In this document: positions 1 through 8,614 of the stretch, piece by piece
Layout of the letters: every line of letters starts with the position of its first letter
Numbering within the stretch: position 1 is the first letter of the stretch
DNA from: Candidatus Latescibacterota bacterium
Lineage (GTDB): Bacteria > Latescibacterota > UBA2968 > GCA-2709665
Direction: 5' to 3'
Assembly (NCBI GenBank): GCA_965219995.1
Contig: CBDCOX010000002.1
Span: 3,840,001-3,904,000, forward strand
DNA: 64,000 nt
Made by a program: the position numbers and the translations under genes
The notes under the pieces: model-generated
Told to the model about the DNA's origin: nothing
The model's input: only the letters and a program-made list of their open reading frames with translations
The model's database searches: none

Positions 1-687
1 GTAGCGCTGGTGAAGGACGGCCAGCGAGGTCTCGAAGTCGGGATTCTGCAGGTCCCGGTAGAACCTCGCAAGCTGCGCGGCCACCATCATCCCTTTATAG
101 ACGATCGTTCGATTGGACAGCGAGCAGATGTAGCAGCCCTCGATTCCGTGCCGCCGTACGGATCTCTCCACCTGCCTTCGAACCAGGTACAGCGCCCGTT
201 CGAATTCCGCTTCGGACATCCGGTTTCCCCGGGCGATAAGCACCTGCTGAATATCGGGCATCAGCTCCGCCGCCCGGTCGCCGAGGACCGTCCGGTCCAC
301 GGGCACCGTCCGCCATCCGATCAGCACGAGCCCGTAATGGTCCGTCGCTTCGTCGACGATAATCCGATACCGGTCGTTCGTTATCGAGTCCTGAGACAGG
401 AACAGCATACCGATCGCCAGGTCCTCCGCACGGGGCGCCCTGTATCCAAGCCTTTCCGCCTCACGTACAATCAATCGACTGGGGATCTGGGTGAGCACCC
501 CCGCCCCGTCGCCGGTTTTCGCATCGGCATCCATCGCGCCCCGATGCGTCAGATTGGCCAGTCCGAGCACCGCATGCCGCATGATTTCACTGTTGCGATT
601 GCCCCTGATATCCGCAACGAACCCCACCCCGCATGCATCGTGCTCGAATTCCGGGCGGTAGAGCCCGTCTGTTGAGGTTGCTTCCAT
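1..687 (-). CDS. gltB: Glutamate synthase large subunit, N-terminal part (runs off the window edge)
   Basis: Not in the ORF track. Manual translation from ATG at 687 gives MEATSTDGLYRPEFEHDACGVGFVADIRG...LTHRGAMDADAKTGDGAGVLTQIP, the GltB amidotransferase signature. Purine-rich RBS upstream. Confidence 0.93.
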   Translation of the reverse strand, partial: MEATSTDGLYRPEFEHDACGVGFVADIRGNRNSEIMRHAVLGLANLTHRGAMDADAKTGDGAGVLTQIPSRLIVREAERLGYRAPRAEDLAIGMLFLSQDSITNDRYRIIVDEATDHYGLVLIGWRTVPVDRTVLGDRAAELMPDIQQVLIARGNRMSEAEFERALYLVRRQVERSVRRHGIEGCYICSLSNRTIVYKGMMVAAQLARFYRDLQNPDFETSLAVLHQRY

Positions 688-710
688 GATGAACGTATTC
701 TTCCTTTTCT

Positions 711-925
711 AAAGGCGGTGAGACGTTAGACGTGAGACGGGAGATGATGTGAGTGCCCTAAAGGCGGGTAGACGTAAGACGTGAGACGGGAGATGATATG
801 AATGCCTGTTCGGTATCATCTCTTGCCGCAGGCAAAAAGGAAGAACCAATCGGGCAAGGACGTCTTCTACCGTCTACCCTCTACCGTCTCCCCGCTTTCA
901 TCTACCGTCTCACGGTTTTTTATTG
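711..925. repeat. Composite intergenic repeat: (AGACGNN)n tracts, core A, inverted (TCTNNCG)n tracts
   Basis: Core TCATCTCTTGCCGCAGGCA...GGAAGAACCAATCGGGCAA at 816 recurs at 8231, 8331, 8431, 8531 and reversed at about 4690-4750. Confidence 0.9.
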
Positions 926-935
926 TTCCAAATTC

Positions 936-968
936 AAAATGCCAGGATCGGTTGGATCCTGGCATTTT
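936..968. terminator. Intrinsic terminator, possibly bidirectional, downstream of the ferredoxin gene
   Basis: Perfect 14-bp inverted repeat AAAATGCCAGGATC-ggttg-GATCCTGGCATTTT. Confidence 0.75.
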
Positions 969-1006
969 CTCCACGTCGCTTGAACGAGCGAAGAGGGTTT
1001 AAAGCC

Positions 1007-1270
1007 TTACTCGAACGCCTTCGCGTTAATTTCGATATATTCCTTCCATTCGTCAGGTGTATCGTCTTCTTCAAAAATCGCCTCGACCGGGCACTCGGGT
1101 TCGCACGCCCCGCAATCGATGCACTCATCCGGATGGATGTAGAGCATCTGGCGTTGCTCGTCTTCCGGCAGGTTGGTTGCGTCCGGCTCGTAAATACAAT
1201 CGACCGGACAGACCTCCACACAGGCCCTGTCCATCACGTCGATGCATGGCTCGGCGATAATGTACGTCAT
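1007..1270 (-). CDS. Dicluster (7Fe/8Fe FdxA-type) ferredoxin
   Basis: MTYIIAEPCIDVMDRACVEVCPVDCIY...IHPDECIDCGACEPECPVEAIF. ATG at 1270 follows a GGGGTG RBS. Confidence 0.92.
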   Translation of the reverse strand: MTYIIAEPCIDVMDRACVEVCPVDCIYEPDATNLPEDEQRQMLYIHPDECIDCGACEPECPVEAIFEEDDTPDEWKEYIEINAKAFE

Positions 1271-1422
1271 TCTCTTCACCCCTTTCCTTGAGTCGGCCTA
1301 CTGGTCAATCTTAAAGTATGAAGTTCAGGTTCGTGAAGATCGAATCCGTCTGGAACGGGAATATCGGGCAACTTCACGAGGGCGACCGAACGGCATTTGC
1401 CCCGGGCGCCAATGACACACGA

Positions 1423-1450
1423 AATATAGAACTTTCTTCCGGTTTGTCAA
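1423..1450 (-). promoter_or_regulatory. Putative sigma70 promoter for the ferredoxin gene
   Basis: TTGACA-16 nt-TATATT on the minus strand. Confidence 0.5.
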
Positions 1451-1461
1451 GCGTCAAAAAG

Positions 1462-2043
1462 CTAAGAAATCGCATCAAAATGCCGAAGTGAGAGAGCGAC
1501 GCGGTCCCGGTACCCGGAACGGATTCTGAGGGCGAATCTTCGCCCGGGATCCGAATCGTGCTCAATGTCGAATCCGGCGCCATTGTAGAGTTTCGCCAGC
1601 ACCTTCTCGAGTTCCGGCCGAACGGCCTCCAGCGTCTCAACCGAATTCGGCGCCAACAGCCGGTCGTTCAGCACAAACAGCACTTCATCCAGACGGAAAC
1701 TCGCACTTCCGGCCAGTATGGGGTCGGTCTCCAGCCTCCGGCAGGCTTTCAGGGCTGAAACGAAAGCGGCCTTCAGCCGATCCTGGAAGCTGCCGTTTGA
1801 CGCCTGTTTGCGGTCGTAGAGGAGCCCGGTTTTTCCGTCCGACCGATCGATACTGTAGTTGGCCTCGTGTCCCACCAGCAGGGTGACCGGCCCATTGTGC
1901 ACGTGGCTGTAATCCGCCACGTCGACGAGCACCTCGTCCGTCGTCACCGGAATCCAGGTGTTGAAGACCCGGAACCAGGTTTCCGGCGCGATGTCCTGCC
2001 CGCTTTCGAGGTAGAACTTGATTTGAATTCTATACGCGTTCAT
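1462..2043 (-). CDS. Hypothetical protein downstream of the nitrite/sulfite reductase
   Basis: 193-aa ORF (MNAYRIQIKFY...DVADYSHVHNGP..LLVGHEANY), co-oriented and about 40 bp after the reductase stop. Confidence 0.75.
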   Translation of the reverse strand: MNAYRIQIKFYLESGQDIAPETWFRVFNTWIPVTTDEVLVDVADYSHVHNGPVTLLVGHEANYSIDRSDGKTGLLYDRKQASNGSFQDRLKAAFVSALKACRRLETDPILAGSASFRLDEVLFVLNDRLLAPNSVETLEAVRPELEKVLAKLYNGAGFDIEHDSDPGRRFALRIRSGYRDRVALSLRHFDAIS

Positions 2044-2084
2044 CGCTTTAGGAAATTGCGCTGTAAATCCCCGGATCCGGGGTG

Positions 2085-4340
2085 TCAGTTGTTGACGACG
2101 TTCATCCGCCCGTAGCATGCATACGCGGCCTCGATGAAGAGCTGGGTTTCCTCGATGAACCGGTGCGCGAGGTCTTCACTGTAGGCGTCGACGTTGCGCC
2201 GATGGGCATGAAAGAGATAATTGGCGAACTTGCCCCGGGTTACGGGATTGTCGTGCAACAGCCCGGTGTCGACGATCCTCGTGCGGAATTCGGACACAAT
2301 TGTATCGGGGTCTTCCGGTACATCCAGAAACTGCGACTTTACCAGGGCCTTGGCCGCATGAACCATGGCGCTGTATGCCTGTTTATATGCGGCTTCGTAT
2401 TGGCCGTTATCCAGTTGCACCTGGGCCTCGAAAGCCTCACGTTCACAACTGGAGAGCTCGAACTGCACCAGCGGCACCACCTCGCCCGCGCACTCGCCCT
2501 TTCCCATATCTCCGGTTGTGAACACACGGCTGTCTCCCCAGTCCATATAGAACGAGGAGTCGATCTCGTAGGGAGGCACGTCGGTGAGATCGTCCAGCAT
2601 CCGCTTCACCTGCACCTTGCCGATTCGCCGGATGTAATCCTGAAAACTCTCGTCGTCACTTCGCCCTTCAATATAGCTCTGGCTGATTCGCGCCACCACG
2701 TCGGGGATCCGCTTGGAGGGGACCGCGCCCATCGCCAGTCCGAACGATGCGGCGTTGCCGGTCCACTGGCCTCCAAGTACCACCTGAAAGTGCGGCACGG
2801 TGTAGCCGCTCACCTTACGGCTGATCCCGTAGAATCCCAGGTCCGCAACGTGATGCTGACCGCAGGAGTTGAAGCAACCGCTGATCTTGATGCGCAGACC
2901 TTCCACGGCGGCGTCCATCTCCACGCCCTTTTCGGCAAGGTGCGTACGCAATTCGGCGGCAAGTCCGCGGGACGAAGCAATGCCCAGCTTACACGTATCC
3001 GTTCCGGGGCAGGCCGTCACGTCCGCAATCGTCCCGGCGCCGGGTTCGTTTAATCCGATTTCCGCGAGCGCGTTGTAGAGTTCGGGAAGATCCGCCTCGC
3101 TCACCCAGCGCAGTACGATATTCTGCTCCACCGTGGCTCGAATCGTATCGTTCACGAAACGTCTTGAGAGTTTGGCCAGGGCCCGCGTCTGGTCGGACGT
3201 GAGGTCGCCGAGCGGCAGCGTGACCGTAACCACCGCGTAGCCGTCCTGGCGCTGCCGGTAGACGTTGGTTCGGGTCCACTCCTCAAAACCGCCTGCAGCG
3301 ACGGCGCCGTTGAGCGGTTGTGCGATCTTCAGGGGCTTCTCGTCGTAGGCGTGAAGGTCCGAAAGGTACGCCGTCCATTCCGGGTCGTTGGGCATCACCT
3401 TCCGCTCCTCCGTCACCAGGCGCTTAAACTCTTCCAGGCCCAATTTGGCGATCAGGAACTTGAGCCGTGCACGCGCCCGGTTCCGCTTCTCGCCGAGGCG
3501 GGCGAACACGCGGGAGATCGCCTGGGAGACGGGGAGGAGTTCCTCTTCCGGCAGGAAATCCTCGAACAGTTTCGCCTGGTGCGGCACGGCGCCCAACCCG
3601 CCGCCAACGTAAAACCTGAACCCGCGTTTCTCCGCGCCGTTGACCGACCTCGTCACCGCAATGGCGCCAATGTCGTGCATATTGGCAAGACCGCAGGCCT
3701 CGTGTTCGCATCCGGAAAAAGCGATCTTGAACTTCCGGCCGAAGTCCTGCGCGTCGCTGTGACCCAGGAGGAATTTCGAGCAGGCCCGGGCATAGGGCGT
3801 CACGTCGAATGTCTCGGTCCGGCACACGCCGGAAAGGGGGCAGGCGGTCACGTTACGGACGGTATTGCCGCAGGCTTCGCGGGTTGTGATGCCCACCGAG
3901 GCCAGGCGGTACATGAGATCGGGCGTATCGTCGATGTGGACGTAATGCAGCTGGACGTCCTGACGCGTGGTAATGTGCAGAATACAATCCGAATACTCCT
4001 CGGCAAGCTCGGCCAGCACATCCAGTTGATCCGCGGTCAGGCCCCCGAACGGAATCTTGATCCGCTGCATCCCCGGTGCGTCCCACACCGTATCCGGCCC
4101 CTTGACCAGGTCTCCGCTGGGAAACTCCAGGACCTGCGTATTGCTGCCGTCGAACCGTTTGCCGTTATCGTAACGCTGGCCGTAAACACCGCGGCGCAGG
4201 CGGGTTTCGGCGAAAACGGTGTCGTCGATCTTGTCCTGTTTCCGCAGTTCGATCTGCGTGGCGAATATGTCCACCTCCCGGCCCATTTCGTCGGGTATGC
4301 GATCCGCGAGAACTTCCTTCCAGGTTGTCGATTCAGACAT
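2085..4340 (-). CDS. Ferredoxin-dependent siroheme nitrite/sulfite reductase with C-terminal HEPN-like extension
   Basis: RLRRGVYGQR, HITTRQDVQLH, ACGNTVRNVTACP, PRKFK-like GRKFKIAFSGC and the ligand motif ACPGTDTC...ISGCFNSCGQH. AGGAG RBS before ATG 4340. Confidence 0.9.
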   Translation of the reverse strand: MSESTTWKEVLADRIPDEMGREVDIFATQIELRKQDKIDDTVFAETRLRRGVYGQRYDNGKRFDGSNTQVLEFPSGDLVKGPDTVWDAPGMQRIKIPFGGLTADQLDVLAELAEEYSDCILHITTRQDVQLHYVHIDDTPDLMYRLASVGITTREACGNTVRNVTACPLSGVCRTETFDVTPYARACSKFLLGHSDAQDFGRKFKIAFSGCEHEACGLANMHDIGAIAVTRSVNGAEKRGFRFYVGGGLGAVPHQAKLFEDFLPEEELLPVSQAISRVFARLGEKRNRARARLKFLIAKLGLEEFKRLVTEERKVMPNDPEWTAYLSDLHAYDEKPLKIAQPLNGAVAAGGFEEWTRTNVYRQRQDGYAVVTVTLPLGDLTSDQTRALAKLSRRFVNDTIRATVEQNIVLRWVSEADLPELYNALAEIGLNEPGAGTIADVTACPGTDTCKLGIASSRGLAAELRTHLAEKGVEMDAAVEGLRIKISGCFNSCGQHHVADLGFYGISRKVSGYTVPHFQVVLGGQWTGNAASFGLAMGAVPSKRIPDVVARISQSYIEGRSDDESFQDYIRRIGKVQVKRMLDDLTDVPPYEIDSSFYMDWGDSRVFTTGDMGKGECAGEVVPLVQFELSSCEREAFEAQVQLDNGQYEAAYKQAYSAMVHAAKALVKSQFLDVPEDPDTIVSEFRTRIVDTGLLHDNPVTRGKFANYLFHAHRRNVDAYSEDLAHRFIEETQLFIEAAYACYGRMNVVNN

Positions 4341-4507
4341 GGCAACGTCTCCTGGTGACCGATTCCAAACGCGACGGCGTTGTTCAGGCGGGTAATCTAT
4401 CGAACTCATCCTGTGAAGTCAACGAATTTATCCGGAAACGGCAGCCGTTCCGATCGGGCGAAATGGGTCTCCCGCAGATATTCTTGAGTTTTTCGATCAA
4501 CAATATA

Positions 4508-4539
4508 ATAAATAAACGGACAAATGGGAAACCTGTCAA
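4508..4539 (-). promoter_or_regulatory. Putative sigma70 promoter for the reductase
   Basis: TTGACA at 4539-4534 followed 17-18 nt later by an AT-rich TTTATTTATTATAT stretch. Confidence 0.4.
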
Positions 4540-4540
4540 C

Positions 4541-4568
4541 AAAAAGCGAGAGACCAAAGTCTCTCGCT
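4541..4568 (-). terminator. Intrinsic terminator
   Basis: AGCGAGAGAC-4 nt-GTCTCTCGCT stem followed by a T-run on the minus strand. Confidence 0.65.
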
Positions 4569-4618
4569 ACTCAAGTGGATTGGTGGATCGGCAGTTGATC
4601 GCGATATCCTGTGCCCCC

Positions 4619-4643
4619 TGGGAGCGAGGGCATCCTGCCCTCG
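4619..4643. repeat. REP-like palindrome
   Basis: TGGGAG-CGAGGGCA-tcc-TGCCCTCG hairpin with a short 5' foot. Confidence 0.5.
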
Positions 4644-4653
4644 AAAAGCACTA

Positions 4654-4908
4654 AAAGCGGTAAGAGGGTAGACGTTAGACGGTAGATGGCATCTTTGCCC
4701 AACTGGTTTCACCTTCGTGCCTGCGGCAAGAGATGATACCGAACGGGGCAACAAAATCGGTGAGACGTGAGACGCAAGACGGTAGAGGATAGCGTTACCA
4801 CAGTGTTTTCACGCTAACCGTGCCTGTTTCTTTACCGATATGGTAACGACAAGAAAAACCATAGGGCACTCACGGAATCTCCCGTCTACCCTCTCCCGTC
4901 TCCCCGCC
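4654..4908. repeat. Composite repeat: heptamer tracts, reversed core A and core B
   Basis: Reverse complement of core A at about 4690-4750. Core B (4791-4870) matches the reverse complement of 38621-38700 at 76/80 positions. Confidence 0.9.
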
Positions 4909-4914
4909 TGTCAG

Positions 4915-5937
4915 CTAGCCCCCGATCTGGTACATTTCCACCTTGGAAAACGACGGCACTTCCACCGTCTCCGCCGTCCTCAATTCGGAATACCGGTCTT
5001 CGCGACCCGCCCATATTTCCGAGATCGCCGACAGGAGTTCCTCGTCGCTCGCCCCGTCGCGCAGGGGTCCCCTGAGATCCACGCCCGTGCCCGCGAACAA
5101 GCAGGTATACACCTTTCCGTCGGTGGAAAGCCTCGCGCGCGTGCAGTCGCCGCAAAACGGTTGCGTAACCGAGGCGATCACGCCGATCTCACCGTTTCCG
5201 TCCAGATACCGGAACCGCCGCGCGACTTCGCCCGGGTAATTCGGCGCCACCGCGGTGAGCGGCATCTCTTCATGGATGCGCTGCACGATCTCTGCCGCGG
5301 GAACCACCTGATCCAGGCGCCAGCCGTTGCGGTTGCCCACGTCCATATATTCGATAAAGCGGACGATATGCCCCGTACCGTAGAAATGCCTGGCGAGATC
5401 CACGACGGTATGGTCGTTTACCCCGCGCTGGACCACCGCGTTGACCTTCAGCGGTGAATACCCGGCCGCTTCCGCCGCCCGGATTCCCTCCAGCACCTCC
5501 GAAACGTGAACCCCTCTCCCATTCAACCGTTCGAATATGTCTTCGTCCAGGGAATCCAGACTGACCGTAATCCTGTCCAACCCGGCGTCCCTTAGTTCCC
5601 CGACCATCCGGGGCAGCAGATAGCCGTTTGTGGTAAGCGTGAGATCCTCGACGCCGTCAATTGCCGCCAGACGCCGGATCAGCGCTTCGAGTTCCCTCCG
5701 GAGAAGGGGCTCTCCGCCGGTGATCCGGACCTTGCGCACCCCCAGATCCACGAAAAGCCGCGCCAGCCGGTCGATTTCCTCGAACGTGAGTATTTCCGCC
5801 CTGGGCAGGAACGTGTAATTCTCCCCGAAGACTTCCGCCGGCATACAGTACGGACACCGGAAATTGCACCGGTCCGTTACCGAAATCCGGAGGTCCCTGA
5901 GCGGTCTGCCCAATCTGTCCGTCGCATCGTCCGTCAT
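4915..5937 (-). CDS. moaA: GTP 3',8-cyclase (molybdenum cofactor biosynthesis)
   Basis: [46 protein letters not shown]...YTCLF and a C-terminal IGG. Confidence 0.96.
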   Translation of the reverse strand: MTDDATDRLGRPLRDLRISVTDRCNFRCPYCMPAEVFGENYTFLPRAEILTFEEIDRLARLFVDLGVRKVRITGGEPLLRRELEALIRRLAAIDGVEDLTLTTNGYLLPRMVGELRDAGLDRITVSLDSLDEDIFERLNGRGVHVSEVLEGIRAAEAAGYSPLKVNAVVQRGVNDHTVVDLARHFYGTGHIVRFIEYMDVGNRNGWRLDQVVPAAEIVQRIHEEMPLTAVAPNYPGEVARRFRYLDGNGEIGVIASVTQPFCGDCTRARLSTDGKVYTCLFAGTGVDLRGPLRDGASDEELLSAISEIWAGREDRYSELRTAETVEVPSFSKVEMYQIGG

Positions 5938-5965
5938 AGGTGAAATCACTTCGGTATTCGCGCGG

Positions 5966-6547
5966 TCAATACGATTCCGCGCGAGTAACGGCCGCGTCAA
6001 ACTGACTCTTGTCCACGATGGCGCCGCGGAGTCGCGCCTCGTACAGGAATGCGCCGTTCAAATTGGCGCCCCGCAGGTCCGTTCCCCTGAAATCCGTCGC
6101 GCCCACCACCGCCGCTTCCAGGTCGGCGTCCTTGAAACTCGTCGGCCGGCCCGAAGGGTTCGGAAACGACGCATGCACCACACCCAGCCGGGCCCGCTTC
6201 AGACTCGCGCCCGTGAATTTCGCGCCGCCGAGTACCGCGCCGGACAGAAACGCTTCGTCCATCATGGCGCCCGAGAAGTCCGCGCCGAGCAGGTCGGCCG
6301 CGACGAGGTACACCCGGTTCATTCGTGCGCCACTGAGGTCGGCGCCCTTCATGCTCGCGTTGTGAAACCGTGTCTCCAGGAGGGTTGCGTTTCTGAACAG
6401 GGCGTTGTCCAGCCTTGCGTCTGTGAAATCGACGCCGGAGAGATCCTCTCCCGAAAAGTCGATTCCGGCGAGATCTTCTCCCGACAGATCCCCCGTTGTT
6501 TTCGCCCTGGCAATCAGCGCGTCCCTGTCGACATACGCGGCGGCCAT
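5966..6547 (-). CDS. Pentapeptide repeat protein
   Basis: Tandem A(D/N)L(S/R)G-type 5-mers throughout the protein. Confidence 0.9.
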   Translation of the reverse strand: MAAAYVDRDALIARAKTTGDLSGEDLAGIDFSGEDLSGVDFTDARLDNALFRNATLLETRFHNASMKGADLSGARMNRVYLVAADLLGADFSGAMMDEAFLSGAVLGGAKFTGASLKRARLGVVHASFPNPSGRPTSFKDADLEAAVVGATDFRGTDLRGANLNGAFLYEARLRGAIVDKSQFDAAVTRAESY

Positions 6548-6563
6548 CCGGTATCCCTCTTTT

Positions 6564-6684
6564 CAGGTGGTCAGTGGACAGTGATCAGTGGCCGGTAAAA
6601 ATCCGTTAACGTTTCAATCAAGCGATGTCAATTCGTGAATGCCTGGTTCTGGCTGACTGCTGAAAACTGATCGCTGATCGCTGC
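6564..6684. repeat. Short heptamer tracts of a second family (TCAGTGG and GCTGA-type)
   Basis: tcaggtggtcagtggacagtgatcagtgg and ggctgactgctgaaaactgatcgctgatcgctg. Related to 10212-10265 in reverse orientation. Confidence 0.55.
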
Positions 6685-6762
6685 TTCTCGTCGAAATATA
6701 CCAAACTTCCCTTAGCGGTCAACCGGTATCCCCGCGGCGGGAACCGGGATTTCGATGCGCGG

Positions 6763-8043
6763 TCAATCCACCACGATCGTCTCCCTGCGGTCGGGTCCGA
6801 CGGACACCATGGCAATCGGCGTGCGGCTCAACTCCTGAATTCTGTCCAGGTACCGCCTGGCGTTTTCAGGAAGATCCTCCCACCGCCTCGCATCGCTGGT
6901 GGGCGCCTGCCAACCCGGCATCGTTTCGTAGACGGGCTCACATTCCGCCAGCATCTTCAGGTCGCTCGGGAAATGCTCGAGGCGCTTTCCCCTGTACAAA
7001 TAATGCGTGCAGATACGGATCTCTTCCAGCGGATCCAGTATGTCCAGCCTGGTCACCGCGATCCCGGAAAGCCCGTTCACCCTCGCGGCGAATTTCAGAA
7101 TCACGGCGTCCAGCCACCCGCAGCGCCTCGGCCGGCCCGTGGTCGCCCCGTACTCGTGTCCGATTTCACGAATGCGGTCTCCCATGGCGCCGGTGAGTTC
7201 GGTGGGAAACGGTCCATTGCCCACACGCGTCGTATACGCCTTGACCACCCCGACGACCTCGGAAATCCGGGTGGGACCGATACCGGCGCCCGTGCACGCG
7301 CCGCCTGCCGTCGTATTCGATGACGTCACAAACGGATACGTCCCGTGATCGATATCCAGCAACGTACCCTGGGATCCCTCGAACAGCACGTCCTTGCCCG
7401 CGTCGATCATATCGTTCAGGTAGACGGACGTATCCGTCACAAACGGCGCGAGGCGCTCGCCGAACGCCAGATAGGCCTCGATGATCGGCGTCGCATCCAG
7501 CCCGTCCTCCCCGTACACGTTCTCAAGAATCTCATTCTTCTCGGTCACGTTTTCCCGCACCCTGGAAGGCAGCGCGTCCGCGTCGAACAGGTCTCCCACG
7601 CGAATGCCGGAAGACCGGTTGACCTTGTCCTGATAGCACGGCCCGATGCCGCGAAGCGTCGTCCCGATGGCGCCCGCCCCGATCCGCGCCTCGCTGGCCT
7701 GTTCGACGCGTTTGTGATACGGCATGACCAGGTGCGTATTCGGACTCACAAACAGCCGGTTCGAAATGGATATGCCCTTCGATTCCAGTTCCTCCACCTC
7801 CTGGAACAGCGCCTCGGGATCCATCACCACCCCGTTGCCGATCACACAGGTCTTGTCGGGGTGCACGATCCCCGCGGGGATGAGATGAAATACGAACTCG
7901 AGATCGCCCGCCTTGATGGTATGCCCGGCATTGGCGCCCCCCTGAAAGCGCACCACGACGTCCGAGTCCGCCGTCATATAATCCACCACCTTGGCCTTGC
8001 CTTCATCGCCCCACTGGGCCCCGAGCACAATGCGCACGGACAT
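6763..8043 (-). CDS. purA: Adenylosuccinate synthetase
   Basis: GAQWGDEGK, RFQGGANAGHT, FEGSQGTLLDIDHGTYPFVTSS, EYGATTGRPRRCGW. GAGGAG RBS before ATG 8043. Confidence 0.97.
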   Translation of the reverse strand: MSVRIVLGAQWGDEGKAKVVDYMTADSDVVVRFQGGANAGHTIKAGDLEFVFHLIPAGIVHPDKTCVIGNGVVMDPEALFQEVEELESKGISISNRLFVSPNTHLVMPYHKRVEQASEARIGAGAIGTTLRGIGPCYQDKVNRSSGIRVGDLFDADALPSRVRENVTEKNEILENVYGEDGLDATPIIEAYLAFGERLAPFVTDTSVYLNDMIDAGKDVLFEGSQGTLLDIDHGTYPFVTSSNTTAGGACTGAGIGPTRISEVVGVVKAYTTRVGNGPFPTELTGAMGDRIREIGHEYGATTGRPRRCGWLDAVILKFAARVNGLSGIAVTRLDILDPLEEIRICTHYLYRGKRLEHFPSDLKMLAECEPVYETMPGWQAPTSDARRWEDLPENARRYLDRIQELSRTPIAMVSVGPDRRETIVVD

Positions 8044-8060
8044 GATCAATCTCCTCAGGA

Positions 8061-8614
8061 ACGGGTAGACGTTAGACGGGAGACGGGAGATGATGTCACC
8101 GCATCTACAGGATATCAATATGGTCTGGCGAAGTCTATCAGCGATACGGGCGGGACCTTTCCCCCGGCCCCTCAACCCCGGGGGAGACGTTAGACGGGAG
8201 ATGTGAGATGATGTAACTGCCAGTTCGGTATCATCTCTTGCCGCAGGCATAGTGGAAGAAACAATCGGGCAAGGACGTCTTCTAACGTCTCCCGTCTCCC
8301 GTCTCACCGCTCTTATTGCCCCGCGCGGATTCATCTCTTGCCGCAGGCATAAAGGAAGAACCAATCGGGCAAAGATGTCATCTACCGTCTCACGGCTCCC
8401 GTCTCCCCGGTTTTATTGCCCTGTGCGGTTTCGTTTCTTGCCGGAGGCATTAAGGACGATCCAATCGGGCAAGGACGTCATCTACCGTCTAACGTCTTAC
8501 GTCTAACGGGTTTTGTTGCCCCGCGCGGATTCATCTCTTGCCGCAGGCATTAAGGAAGAACCAATCGGGCAAAGATGTCATCTACCGTCTACCGTCTTGC
8601 GTCTCACCGCTCTT
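8061..8614. repeat. Composite repeat cluster: heptamer tracts, hairpin core C and four tandem 100-bp units of core A
   Basis: Core A starts at 8231, 8331, 8431 and 8531. Core C (TCCCCCGG-cccctcaac-N-CCGGGGGA) at about 8160-8185 is also found at about 38565-38590. Confidence 0.95.

Noticed and set aside
10-675. 221-aa plus-strand ORF
   Set aside because: Antisense shadow of gltB.
798-1002. Short ORFs with RLPS/SRLT-type peptides (also 4536-4754, 8252-8506, 8513-9106, 38329-38619)
   Set aside because: These are read-throughs of the heptamer and core repeats, with no independent coding evidence.
8044-8364. 106-aa N-terminal extension of PurA in the ORF track
   Set aside because: It is a translation of the intergenic repeats. 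PurA homology and a good RBS start at 8043.
8216-8614. CRISPR array
   Set aside because: The constant part is about 65-70 bp, the variable parts are degenerate heptamer tracts rather than unique spacers, and there are no cas genes.
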